DNA of 64,000 bases from assembly GCA_018813295.1 (NCBI GenBank), contig JAHJBZ010000002.1, positions 1,935 through 65,934 on the forward strand, given 5' to 3'. How positions within the stretch are numbered: the first letter of the stretch is position 1; each line of letters opens with the position of its first letter. This document shows, in pieces, positions 19,390 to 29,000 of the stretch. Source of the DNA: Patescibacteria group bacterium. GTDB lineage: Bacteria > Patescibacteriota > Gracilibacteria > UM-FILTER-43-11. The notes beneath the pieces were generated by a model. It did no database searches. It saw only the letters and a list, made by a program, of their open reading frames with translations, and was not told the DNA's origin. The position numbers and the translations under genes were made by a program.

Positions 19390-19433
19390 TCGAATTTTTA
19401 ATTTTTAATTTTTAATTTTTAATTTATTTATAA

Positions 19434-19913
19434 ATGGCTGATGAAAAAGAAGTTTTAGTTACCAAGGCGGGGCTGGCTAAGCTTAAAGAAGAACTTACGG
19501 AATATAAGGAGGTTCGCCGCAAAGAGGTTGCACAACGTTTAAAGGAAGCTATCGCATATGGTGACCTTTCTGAAAACTCAGAATACGAAGAAGCTAAAAA
19601 TGAACAGGCTTTTGTGGAGGGTAGAATTGTGGAGCTGGAGAGCATGATTAAGAATGCAAAAATTATTACCGATGATAAAAGTGGTCAGGACACTGTGCAG
19701 ATTGGTACAACTGTTACCGTTCAAAATATTACCGAAAATGATGATCCGGAGACTTACACCATTGTGGGTTCAACAGAAGCTGACCCTATCGAATACAAAA
19801 TCTCAAATGAGTCCCCTATCGGTTCTGCAATTTTAGGTAAAACAAAAAATGATATTGTTAAAGTGAAGGTACCGGCTGGGGTTTTTGAGTATAAGATTCT
19901 TAAGATCAAGTAG
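19434..19913 (+). CDS. greA: Transcription elongation factor GreA
   Basis: 159 aa with a coiled-coil N-domain (GDLSENSEYEEAK) and a C-terminal FKBP-like domain (SPIGSAILGK). Confidence 0.93.
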   Translation: MADEKEVLVTKAGLAKLKEELTEYKEVRRKEVAQRLKEAIAYGDLSENSEYEEAKNEQAFVEGRIVELESMIKNAKIITDDKSGQDTVQIGTTVTVQNITENDDPETYTIVGSTEADPIEYKISNESPIGSAILGKTKNDIVKVKVPAGVFEYKILKIK

Positions 19914-20009
19914 TTGAACTAATTGTTGAACTTATAGATGGACTAATAGGTGGACTTATCGATTAGTTCAACAATGGTCCAACAATAGTCCTTCAATTAG
20001 TCCAACAAT
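19914..20009. repeat. Word hairpin (GTTGAAC/TGGACT and their complements GTTCAAC/AGTCCA)
   Basis: gttgaactaattgttgaacttatagatggactaataggtggactt...agttcaacaatggtccaacaatagtccttcaattagtccaaca. Confidence 0.5.
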
Positions 20010-20855
20010 ATGGATATAACAAACATTGCCATCGCATCATTAATCGCCATTATCCCGGCGCTTGCGTGGCTATTTTTGTATTATCATAAGGACTATCGGG
20101 ATCCTGAGCCTAAAAAGGTAATCGTTCAGACTTTTTTGGCAGGAGCGGTTATGGCGTTACCATTTTTGGGGTTACGTTATTTGCTACCAGTAATGGGGGA
20201 AGGATCGATTATTTTGACAGGAATTATTGGGGTGATTATTTTCGCAGCTCTTGAGGAAATAGTTAAACTTTCGGCCAGTATTTTTGTGGTCAGCAGGCAC
20301 AAAATGGACTTTAATCAGGTTATTGATGGAGTTGTTTATGCTGTCACCGCGGCACTTGGGTTTGCGTTTGTGGAAAATACAATTTATCTTACTAACTTTT
20401 TAGCAACTTCCAGTGATATAGGAGATTTGATTTATGTTGTAGGTTTTAGGAGTCTTGGTACCATGCTCGCTCATACTTTATTTTCCGGATTGGCGGGGCT
20501 TATTTGGGCTTATGCATATTTTTCAAAACAGATTAGCCCGTTCCAGAAAAAGCACCTGCTTGCTTTTGAACTGAGGGATTTTATTAACCGAGAAATTTTG
20601 ACCTTACATATAATCAGGCAAAATATTCTTAAGGCCAGGCCTTCCCGTCGCGGCGGTCATGAGAAAAAGATTTTGGTATTTGAAGGGATTGTTTTAGCGA
20701 CTTTTCTTCACATAATTTTTAATTTGGCGACTACTTTTGAATTGTTTGGGAAAAATATGACATTTTTGATTATTCCTGGAATTATTGGAGGATTTTTGTA
20801 TGTGTCGTATTTGTTTACCAAGAAGCTGAATCAGAAGATATTGAAGGTTGTTTAA
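20010..20855 (+). CDS. PrsW-family intramembrane protease-like protein
   Basis: 281 aa and multi-TM, with ALEEIVKL, FAFVENTIY and HTLFSG motifs in the PrsW arrangement. Confidence 0.65.
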   Translation: MDITNIAIASLIAIIPALAWLFLYYHKDYRDPEPKKVIVQTFLAGAVMALPFLGLRYLLPVMGEGSIILTGIIGVIIFAALEEIVKLSASIFVVSRHKMDFNQVIDGVVYAVTAALGFAFVENTIYLTNFLATSSDIGDLIYVVGFRSLGTMLAHTLFSGLAGLIWAYAYFSKQISPFQKKHLLAFELRDFINREILTLHIIRQNILKARPSRRGGHEKKILVFEGIVLATFLHIIFNLATTFELFGKNMTFLIIPGIIGGFLYVSYLFTKKLNQKILKVV

Positions 20856-20878
20856 TTTTTTCAAGGAAACAGGATTCA

Positions 20879-20926
20879 GAAAACAGGAAACAGCTGAATC
20901 CTGAATTCTGTTTCCTGTTTTCTTTT
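20879..20926 (+). terminator. Rho-independent terminator after the PrsW-like gene
   Basis: Perfect 15-bp stem gaaaacaggaaacag (20879-20893) / ctgtttcctgttttc (20908-20922) with a 14-nt loop, followed by TTTT. Confidence 0.75.
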
Positions 20927-20933
20927 AAAATCC

Positions 20934-21111
20934 TTGAGTTTTAGCTGAAAATTTGGTATAATATATAGATAATATTCTGCTACGCGTGGACCTGGGCTAA
21001 CGCCCGTGGATCTAACCTACGGTTGTAGACCTGCTGACGCGTGGAATCCACACGAAGTAGGTCCACATGAAATAGGTCAACGCGAAGCAGGTCAACAACG
21101 AAGTTAGAAAT
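20934..21111 (+). promoter_or_regulatory. Promoter (TTGAGT-17-TGgTATAAT) plus structured leader cassette, copy 2
   Basis: aaaatttggtataatatatagataatat..gcgtggacctgggctaacgcccgtgga...taggtccacatgaaataggtcaacgcgaagcaggtcaacaacgaagttagaaatATG. It is colinear with 4599-4782. Confidence 0.55.
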
Positions 21112-21513
21112 ATGCCAGACCCAAATCAAACAGCGGCAACAAAAAAAAATAAAACGGATATTACCATTCCAGAGGAAACCAAAAAGCAATTTCCCGATCT
21201 TATCGAAATGATTATGGGGAGCCGTTCTATGGATGACGAGGAACGACAGTACTGGGTGGATGTTCTTCCTATTATGTCGGAAGATCAACTCAAAAATCTG
21301 CGAGGTATTTTGGACAATGAAAAAAAACAAATTGAAAAAGCAAACCAGGCATATGCCACAGGTATGAAAGGGGCGGCCCAAAAGGCGGTTAAGACTTTTG
21401 ATGAAGCTTCCTATTTAGAGAAAAAACGCGCGCGTCTTGAGGCTGAGCGTATGCATGAGACAGAGGAAAAAGGGGATGAAGAAAAACTATTGGAGGAATT
21501 AGAAAACCTCTAA
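21112..21513 (+). CDS. Small charged protein with an SDxE(R/K)xxW...(D/E)QL motif (function unknown)
   Basis: 133 aa. The motif MDDEERQYWVDVLPIMSEDQLKNLRGIL resembles LSDQEKKNWLMLGHSLTTEQLSMGERLL in the ORF at 25647. Confidence 0.55.
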   Translation: MPDPNQTAATKKNKTDITIPEETKKQFPDLIEMIMGSRSMDDEERQYWVDVLPIMSEDQLKNLRGILDNEKKQIEKANQAYATGMKGAAQKAVKTFDEASYLEKKRARLEAERMHETEEKGDEEKLLEELENL

Positions 21514-21585
21514 ATAAATAATGAATATCGAACGCTGAATGTTGAATAATGATTTATTAATTCGATGTTCGATATTGGATATTCG

Positions 21586-22275
21586 TTATTCGATATTCAA
21601 TAAATCATTAACCATTTCAAGTGTAACTTCGGTTAGATCGGGGAGAACAGTATCTGCGCCGGCACTTTTGAGTTCGTCGTGTCCTTCCAGGCCGGTAGTG
21701 ACTCCGACAACTTTCATTCCTGCGCCTTTGGCGGAAAGTACACCATTTGTTGAGTCCTCAAAAACAAGGGAGTTTTTGGGAGCGATTTTAAAAAACTTAG
21801 CTGTTATTTCGTAAATTTCAGGATTTGGTTTGGAATGTTTTACCCCATCTGTTCCTGTAATTTTTTTGAAATAATTTCCTATTCCTAACTGCTTTAACTC
21901 TTGTTCAACGACGTAATCTGCATTACTGGAAACGCAGGCAATATTTTCAAAATGTTCTGCTATCAATTCAACCGCTTCCTTCGCACCAGGCAGTAGCGGG
22001 AGATGGACTCCTAATTTTTCTTTTCTGTAATCTTCTAATGCTTTATCGATTTGTTCTTGTGTTATCCCCTTCTCTTCAATTTCGTCTTTCCAGAACATAT
22101 CAAACCGTTCTTTAGCGCTGATGGATAAGTTTTTAGGATCACTTTTAAATGGCTCTGCGTTTAAACCGAGATCTCTTTTAACAATATCGAAAAAAATACG
22201 ATTAGCAATTCGCATTGAACTTATCAATACCCCGTCCATGTCGAAGCAAATGAGGTGGGTTTTGTTTTTGTTCAT
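21586..22275 (-). CDS. HAD-superfamily hydrolase (beta-phosphoglucomutase-like subfamily)
   Basis: 229 aa with motif I FDMDGVLI, motif II SSN and motif III/IV K..FEDSTNGVLSAKGAG. Confidence 0.85.
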   Translation of the reverse strand: MNKNKTHLICFDMDGVLISSMRIANRIFFDIVKRDLGLNAEPFKSDPKNLSISAKERFDMFWKDEIEEKGITQEQIDKALEDYRKEKLGVHLPLLPGAKEAVELIAEHFENIACVSSNADYVVEQELKQLGIGNYFKKITGTDGVKHSKPNPEIYEITAKFFKIAPKNSLVFEDSTNGVLSAKGAGMKVVGVTTGLEGHDELKSAGADTVLPDLTEVTLEMVNDLLNIE

Positions 22276-22296
22276 TGGATGTAATTATTTATTTTA

Positions 22297-22422
22297 TTTT
22301 CGCCACGCTGTGGATGCGGCTAGCGCCTGTGGATGCGTCCCGATTACAGGACTGTGGAGTAATAAGTCCACAGCGAAGCGAAATCCACAGCCCGATAGGG
22401 CGAATCCACAGCATAGCGAAAA
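22297..22422. repeat. MITE/REP-like hairpin element TTTTCGC..CTGTGGAT ... ATCCACAG..GCGAAAA, copy 1
   Basis: Three direct CTGTGGA(T/G) words are followed by three inverted TCCACAG words, with an internal cccgatagggcg. It fills the space between the HAD start codon and the FmdB stop codon exactly. Further copies are at 44254-44382 (inverted) and 56791-56923. Confidence 0.7.
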
Positions 22423-22650
22423 TCATTTTTTATTATGCGGACAATCTTTACACTTATCATCCGAACATCCACCGCCTGATTCCGATTTTTTTGTAAATCC
22501 TTCACTTTTATATTGGACTCCAGGAGCTTCGAGTAATTTTTCTGTTTTTGGATGACCGCATTCCAGGCATTTTTGGTCTTCATGACCTGGGGGAAGTAAT
22601 TTTTCGAAACAGTGGCCGCATTCCAAGCATTTGAATTTATAGTTGGGCAT
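22423..22650 (-). CDS. FmdB-family zinc-ribbon protein
   Basis: 75 aa with an MPNYKFKCLECGHCFE..CLECGH double CxxC motif. Confidence 0.75.
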   Translation of the reverse strand: MPNYKFKCLECGHCFEKLLPPGHEDQKCLECGHPKTEKLLEAPGVQYKSEGFTKKSESGGGCSDDKCKDCPHNKK

Positions 22651-22802
22651 TATTCAATTCAAAATTACAAAATTAAAAATTACAAGATTATTTTATATTA
22701 AGTAAAAATACTTAGCAACGGCTATACAATGTGATAAGATTGACGTCGGCTGTTGCGATTAATTTTGTAATAGCGAAGCGTTTGTAATTTTGTAATTTTG
22801 TA

Positions 22803-25490
22803 ATGGATAAAGCTTACGAGGCCAAAAAATACGAGGATGATATTTATAAGAAATGGGAGGAATCCGGTGCTTTTAAGGCGGACAGTGATTCGGACAAGGA
22901 GTCTTTTACTATTTCCATGCCGCCGCCTAATGCAACTGGAGTTCTGCATTTAGGGCACTCGGTGATGCTTGCGCTTGAGGACATTATGATTCGTCACAGA
23001 AGGATGAAGGGGTACGAAGTTTTATGGCTGCCAGGTACAGATCATGCCGCTATTGCGACGGAAAATGTGGTAATTAGAAAATTGAAGGAAGATCAGGGCA
23101 TTGAAAATCCAAGGAGTTTAGGCAGAAAAAAATTGGTAGATGAAATTAAGAAATATGTAGCAAATAGTCAGGGTACAATTCGTTCTCAGATCAGGAAGAT
23201 GGGGGCAAGTTGTGACTGGGAAAGAGAGCGTTATACGATGGATAAATCCCTTCATAGATGTGTAAATGAGGTGTTTAAAAAAATGTATGATGATGAATTG
23301 ATCTATCGCGGAGAGCGGGTTGTTAACTGGGATGTTGCCCTGCAAACCACTCTTGCAGATGATGAGGTAGAACATGAGGAAAAAGAGGGAATTCTGTATA
23401 CATTCGAATACCTGACAGCTAAGCAGACTGGTGGTGAACCTCTTTATGTTGGTACAAGCAGGCCGGAAACTAAACTGGGCGACAATGCAATCGCAGTACA
23501 TCCGGATGACAAGAGGTATCAGCATTTAATTGGTAAGAATTTTGATGTTGAGTGGCCAGGTGGCCAGACAATTAATGTAACGGTAATTGCTGATCATGAT
23601 ATCGATCCTGAGTTTGGCACAGGTGCTCTTGGAGTTACTCCTTTTCATAGCAAAATAGATTATGATATGTGGCTTCGTCATCGTGAAGATATTAAGGCCA
23701 AACCAATTCATGTAATTGATGAGAATGGAAAAATTACTAACAACATTAAAGGATATGAAGGATTAACAGTTATTGAAGCCCGTAATAAGTTTGTTGGGGA
23801 ATTAAAAAGTGCAGGAAAAATGAAATCGGAGGAAAGATACATACAGCAGATGTCCATTTCATACAGGTCAAAAATGCCCGTTGAACCAATTCCAAAACTT
23901 CAGTGGTTTATTGATGTGAATAAACAGGCAATTGACTGGAAAGGAAAGAAGATGAGCTTAAAAGAGGCAATGCAGGCGGTAATTAAAGATCATGATATAA
24001 GAATTATTCCTGACAGATTTGAAAAAATTTATTTTCACTGGGTAGACAATTTGCAGGACTGGTGTATCAGCCGCCAGATCTGGTGGGGGCATCGCATTCC
24101 TGTTTGGTACAGGCAGGATGAAAAGAGCAGCGATACGCACGTTGGCCTTGAAGCGCCAGAAGGTGATGGATGGAAGCAGGATGAGGACACTCTGGATACC
24201 TGGTTTAGTTCTGCTTTGTGGACATGGAGCACACTTATTGATCCAGATATTGCTGATGATCATTCACTTTCCTTTGATGAACTACTTTCCAAAAGCCCTG
24301 ATTTTATCAAATTCCATCCAACGCAAATAATGGAAACCGGTTATGATATAATCTTCTTTTGGATAGCTCGCATGATACTGGCAACTACTTATGCAACCAA
24401 ACAAATTCCTTTTGAAACAGTTTATCTGCATGGGCTAATCAGGACCAGGGAGGGCAAAAAGATGAGTAAATCTGATCCGGAGACCTGTATTGACCCGCTG
24501 GATATGATTGAGAAATACGGTGCGGATGCGATCAGGCTGAGCATGGTTATCGGTAGCACTCCGGGTAATGATACACGTCTTTATGAAGAGAAAATTCAGG
24601 GGTATCGAAACTTTACCAACAAACTTTGGAATGCTAGTAGGTTTGTTTTAGGAATTTTGGAAGAGAAAAATGTAACGGACGAACCGGTTGTTGATTATGA
24701 TAATTTAACTGATGCGGATCAGTGGATACTGAATAAACTTAATGAAACGATTAAGGATGTTGATGATGGTTTGATGGAATACAAAATTAGTGAAACTGGC
24801 CAAATACTTTATGATTTTTTATGGAATGATTTTTGTGATTGGTATTTAGAGTTAAGCAAGGGTGATAAACAAAATCTTGCTGTTCTGTACCACGCCCTTA
24901 AAAACATTCTGATCCTGCTTCACCCATTCATTCCGTTCGTGACGGAAGTGATCTGGAGCCAGTTACCTGGGCAGAGTGAGATGCTGATCAGACATGATTA
25001 CCCAAAACCTGACGGACGCAAGTATAACTGGAAGTCGCTTGATAATGTAATTGAAGTTATAAAATCAATTCGCCGTCTGCGCGGAGAAAATAAGATTGAA
25101 CCGGCACAAAAAATAGCCGTTAATATTTACAGCGCTAAGCATTATGACGATCTGCAGAATAATCAGGAAGATATTATCCGCCTTGCGAGGATCAGTGATT
25201 TGGTAATTGATAAAAAAGGAGTGAAATTATCCGGTGCTGCTACCGATGTTGTTAATGGAATTGAGATTTTTATCCCACTTGAAGGGCTTGTAGATACGGA
25301 AAAAGAGAAAGTGCGCCTGGGAAAAGAAATTGGGAATTTGGAAGGCTATATCAAAGGCCTTGATGCAAAACTTTCCAACGATAAATTCGCGAAAAACGCA
25401 CCAAAAGAAGTTGTTGATGGGGAAAAAGCAAAACTTTCTGAGGCGGAAAATAAGCTGGAGAAACTGAAGGAGCAGTTGGGTAATTTGTAG
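22803..25490 (+). CDS. valS: Valine--tRNA ligase
   Basis: 895 aa with PPPNATGVLHLGH (HIGH), KMSKS and a C-terminal coiled coil. Confidence 0.97.
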   Translation: MDKAYEAKKYEDDIYKKWEESGAFKADSDSDKESFTISMPPPNATGVLHLGHSVMLALEDIMIRHRRMKGYEVLWLPGTDHAAIATENVVIRKLKEDQGIENPRSLGRKKLVDEIKKYVANSQGTIRSQIRKMGASCDWERERYTMDKSLHRCVNEVFKKMYDDELIYRGERVVNWDVALQTTLADDEVEHEEKEGILYTFEYLTAKQTGGEPLYVGTSRPETKLGDNAIAVHPDDKRYQHLIGKNFDVEWPGGQTINVTVIADHDIDPEFGTGALGVTPFHSKIDYDMWLRHREDIKAKPIHVIDENGKITNNIKGYEGLTVIEARNKFVGELKSAGKMKSEERYIQQMSISYRSKMPVEPIPKLQWFIDVNKQAIDWKGKKMSLKEAMQAVIKDHDIRIIPDRFEKIYFHWVDNLQDWCISRQIWWGHRIPVWYRQDEKSSDTHVGLEAPEGDGWKQDEDTLDTWFSSALWTWSTLIDPDIADDHSLSFDELLSKSPDFIKFHPTQIMETGYDIIFFWIARMILATTYATKQIPFETVYLHGLIRTREGKKMSKSDPETCIDPLDMIEKYGADAIRLSMVIGSTPGNDTRLYEEKIQGYRNFTNKLWNASRFVLGILEEKNVTDEPVVDYDNLTDADQWILNKLNETIKDVDDGLMEYKISETGQILYDFLWNDFCDWYLELSKGDKQNLAVLYHALKNILILLHPFIPFVTEVIWSQLPGQSEMLIRHDYPKPDGRKYNWKSLDNVIEVIKSIRRLRGENKIEPAQKIAVNIYSAKHYDDLQNNQEDIIRLARISDLVIDKKGVKLSGAATDVVNGIEIFIPLEGLVDTEKEKVRLGKEIGNLEGYIKGLDAKLSNDKFAKNAPKEVVDGEKAKLSEAENKLEKLKEQLGNL

Positions 25491-25575
25491 TAAATTCACC
25501 CCCTGCCTTTTCCTTTGCCTTTGCCTTATTTGGCTTGATTTAAAGCCGATTTTTTGCTATAATATAAAGATTAAT

Positions 25576-25638
25576 ATTCAATTCAAGATTCAAAATTAGA
25601 AAATTAAAAAATTAATCTTGAATTTTGAATCTTCTAAT
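25576..25638. repeat. AT-rich hairpin (TTCAAAAT family) between a TGcTATAAT promoter and ORF 25647
   Basis: attcaattcaagattcaaaattagaaaatt / aattaatcttgaattttgaatcttctaat. Confidence 0.5.
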
Positions 25639-25646
25639 CAAATAAA

Positions 25647-25907
25647 ATGATCTCAGCCCCAGCACAATTAGTTGACCCCGGTGCTCTTGTATATGACGAC
25701 AAGCGCCGTGAGCAGCAATCCCGTTATCAGGATGCTGTAAATCGCGCTGGTTTTTTGAGTGATCAGGAAAAGAAGAACTGGCTTATGCTTGGGCATTCGC
25801 TTACTACTGAACAGCTTTCCATGGGCGAAAGACTGCTGACTAAAGAAGGTTTGCGTCGTCTTAGAACACAGCAACAATTAGAAAGAATAAAACCAAAAGA
25901 GCGATAA
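25647..25907 (+). CDS. Small protein sharing the SDxEKxxW...EQL motif (function unknown)
   Basis: 86-aa ORF immediately upstream of the giant gene. Its motif is shared with the ORF at 21112. Confidence 0.5.
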   Translation: MISAPAQLVDPGALVYDDKRREQQSRYQDAVNRAGFLSDQEKKNWLMLGHSLTTEQLSMGERLLTKEGLRRLRTQQQLERIKPKER

Positions 25908-26036
25908 GGATTAAGTCTTAAGTCATAAGCTAGTTTTTAAATTTAATCCTTGCTTAATTCTTACTCCTTAAAACTTAAAACTAAATATAAATCTTAAATC
26001 TAAAATCGCTAATCTCTAATCTTAAATCTTAAAAGT
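25908..26036. repeat. Composite intergenic element: TAAGACTT/AAGTCTTA word hairpin plus an AATCTTAAATCTAAAATCGCTAATC tract
   Basis: It aligns with 37964-38082 (agtcataag..taagctag..ttaatcctt..aaaacttaa.act.aatataaa.tct.aaatctaaaatcgctaatct). The tract recurs at 39661-39699. Confidence 0.6.
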
Positions 26037-29000
26037 ATGGCAGGAGGTCCACAACCATCTCAACACAGGGAGCGAGCAGGACAAGCACCAACCGGTGTGG
26101 AAACTTTTGAAGAACGAGGTGGTGATTATAGTTTTCAGGATTTTCAGGAGGCTGCTGAGCATGTTGAAAAAGATCCAAATGTAGAAGCTACTGAAAAAAT
26201 CAGAATGCTGAGAGGGAATATGAATCGTAATGAGCAATGGGAAGAAATTACCGCATTTACGCAAGCTGTTGTAAAAATTGTTGCTGAAGTACAAAGAAAT
26301 GATGGGAATGTTAAAAGAATTCGTAAAGATCCAACCATCTTAAGGCAGGAGGTTACCCAGGCAGGGGTCTCAGGCAATCTGATGCTTCCTGAGCTTGCAG
26401 CGCTTGATGAATTGCCTCGTATTTTTGGTGAAGTTGGTGATACCAGTAATTATATAAGGCGACTTTGGCCTGAAATAGTAGACGAAGGAGTGGAAGCTGG
26501 TACCGGACTGGTGGGCAGAAGTATAGATAGGGCAAAAAAGTTTATCAAAAAAAATCCTGTCGGTTCGATTTGCTTGCTTGCCGCCGGAGCAGCAGGTATA
26601 TACTTAAGTTTTAAGGCAATCACTACATATCTTAGTGTTAAGGATAAGGGTGTCGGGGAAACCTTTAAAGAGGCCAGAGAGAAGGGAAAAGAATCAAAGT
26701 GGTATGAAAATAAAGTTTTATGGGCTCTCTTGGTTGCAGTTTTAGGTGGAATTATTGGCCAAAAAGCACTCAAAAACCTACTAAAAGGGTTAAATTTAGA
26801 AGAACTTCAGGAATTACTTGATAGAGGTGAAGATATCCCCGAAGAAATGCAAAGGCAAATGGAAGAACAGGCTGCCAGGCTTGAAGAGTTGGAGAGAAAG
26901 GCAGAGGGAGTAGTAGGAGTAAGTGGTGCTATAGAAGGAGGCAGGGAAATGGTAACGGAAGGAATTGAAATAGTAAGTGAAGCTTCAAAATTTGAGGGTC
27001 AGTGTGAGGCACTTCTTGCAGTATATTGTTTTAATGAATATCGTTATGATCCACGACGTGACAAAAATAAGATTAAAAAGGTTTTTGAAGACCTAAGAGA
27101 AGAGCGTGTAATAGACATAATAGCATTGTGGGAAGATCATAAAACAGAAGATGAAGAAGGCACTATTCCAAGAAATACTGATTTGTATAATTTTGGTGGA
27201 GATATTGATCCAAAACATATTTATACAGCCTGCTGGATTATTAGCCAGACTTTTGATCAATATAAAAGACATCTTGGTGCTACCAATTATTCAAGTTTAA
27301 CATTGGATCAATTTTTCGGTGAGCATCTAGCTCAGGATCCAGTTTATAAAATTCATTCCTCAGTACAAACTACAATAACTGCCGCTCTTGAAGACGGGGA
27401 TCTTGAGGATATGAGCCTGGAGGGAATCGCAGCTTCAATTGAAGATGACAAAAATGAATTTTTGATGAAATTGGCAAAGGATTTGAATTTAACGGGTTAT
27501 AGTGATTTAAGCAGAGAACAAAAAATAGATTTTGGAAACATTGCTTTAAAGCTATATCGTGATGCAAATTTGGATGAAACTCCAGATAGAGCAATGCGAA
27601 ATATTGATAGAAGCCAGCATTTTGATGAATCGTTTGATCTGGCAAAAAGATTTTATGAAGCAGTTAGGGAAAACACCCTGAACCCCGAAACAGGTATTAT
27701 CTCAAGATGTGTCGATAGGTTTAATTTAGGACCTGATGTTGTTCCTAGATTAAGTAATGCCGATATTATAAAAAATGAATTAAGTGAAGAAATTGAATTT
27801 GGAAAAGCAGTTCAGCTGAACATCGTTGCCCAAAGAATTGATTTTAGTAAAAGCCCACAAGAAGGTAGTGATCCTATGACTGAACTTGCCTTGCTTTATG
27901 TGGTACTAAATAGCATTACGCCATCAGGCAAAAGGCGATATTTAAGTGAGCTTTCAAATTATGTATTGCAAAAACCTGTGAATATTAATTTGCCAAGTCT
28001 CGAGTTAATCAGACCATATTTAAAAACATTATTAGATTTTGGTATTGATGTCGGTGCAAATAAAATCAGGGCAGGAAAAGATTGGATTTCTGCTTATACT
28101 GCAGATCGAACACCTGAAGAGCAAGAGGCATTTTTACGCGAAATCCGAACTTCTAATATAATTGAATTTGGAGCTGAGACAGGAAAAGAAGCAGGGCTCG
28201 GAACAATTAGAATTGGTGCAGATGTTATGGAAACCATTTGGCAAAGCGGCAGGGTGGCCAAAGAGGATCTTCAAAGTGTTGAAACCACAGGTGATTTTCT
28301 TGCTTTGCTTTGGGCGGTAGGTGGCAGTTTAATTATTTCTAAAAATCCAGATGAACAGCATACAGGAGTGATTTATTTATTTGGAAAATATTTTTATGTT
28401 AAACCGCTTGGTATATTAAGAGATACATTAACGGCTTGGGCTGTAGGTGATGAAACAGGGAAAACCTCACCATCGGTATGTGGCGCAAAAGTATATCTTG
28501 CAACCACATCTCCTTTTGTTGTTATTGGTACAGCACATGGCTATTACCGCAATAGAATGATCGGAAGGACCGGTTGGAGGCTTATTGGTGGAGCGCTTGA
28601 GGGGACTGCTAGAGGACTCGCTGCACCTATTACTTTACCTGTAACAGGAACATCATGGATATATCGTGCTGGTAGGGCAGGTAAAGAAACTGTGCAGACT
28701 GGATTTAACTGGACATGGGATGCGGCTAAATACAAAGCTAGACCTGCTAGAAATATAAATATCATGATGCGTGATGCACAATTTGTTAAAAGGTATTTTC
28801 AAATAAGGCCAATAGAATCTACTGGGGTTTATGAAGAAATGCAGAGGGCATGGGCTCAAGGTCCCAGGGCAACTGCACAAAGACTTGCTATGCCATATTG
28901 GAATCAAAGAATGCTAGAAAAATATGCCATAAAATTTAATAGACGGTATAACAGTTATTTTGGGAAATATGTCAGTACGGATATTACCACTCTATCTAGG

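Noticed and set aside
19394-19425. TTTTTAA x4 tandem repeat after rpoD as a microsatellite or phase-variation tract.
   Set aside because: It lies in the 44-nt rpoD-greA spacer and is plausibly just AT-rich spacer or part of the greA promoter. There is no evidence of a functional role.
20980-21381. 133-aa minus-strand ORF overlapping the promoter-leader cassette and the 21112 gene.
   Set aside because: It reads through the GTGGAC word repeats, and its product is low-complexity. The plus-strand ORF has a promoter, a leader and a motif shared with another gene.
22121-22583. Three ORFs (144, 73 and 79 aa) spanning 22121-22583.
   Set aside because: They are generated by reading through the CTGTGGAT repeat element and antisense to the HAD and FmdB genes. 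No motifs are present.
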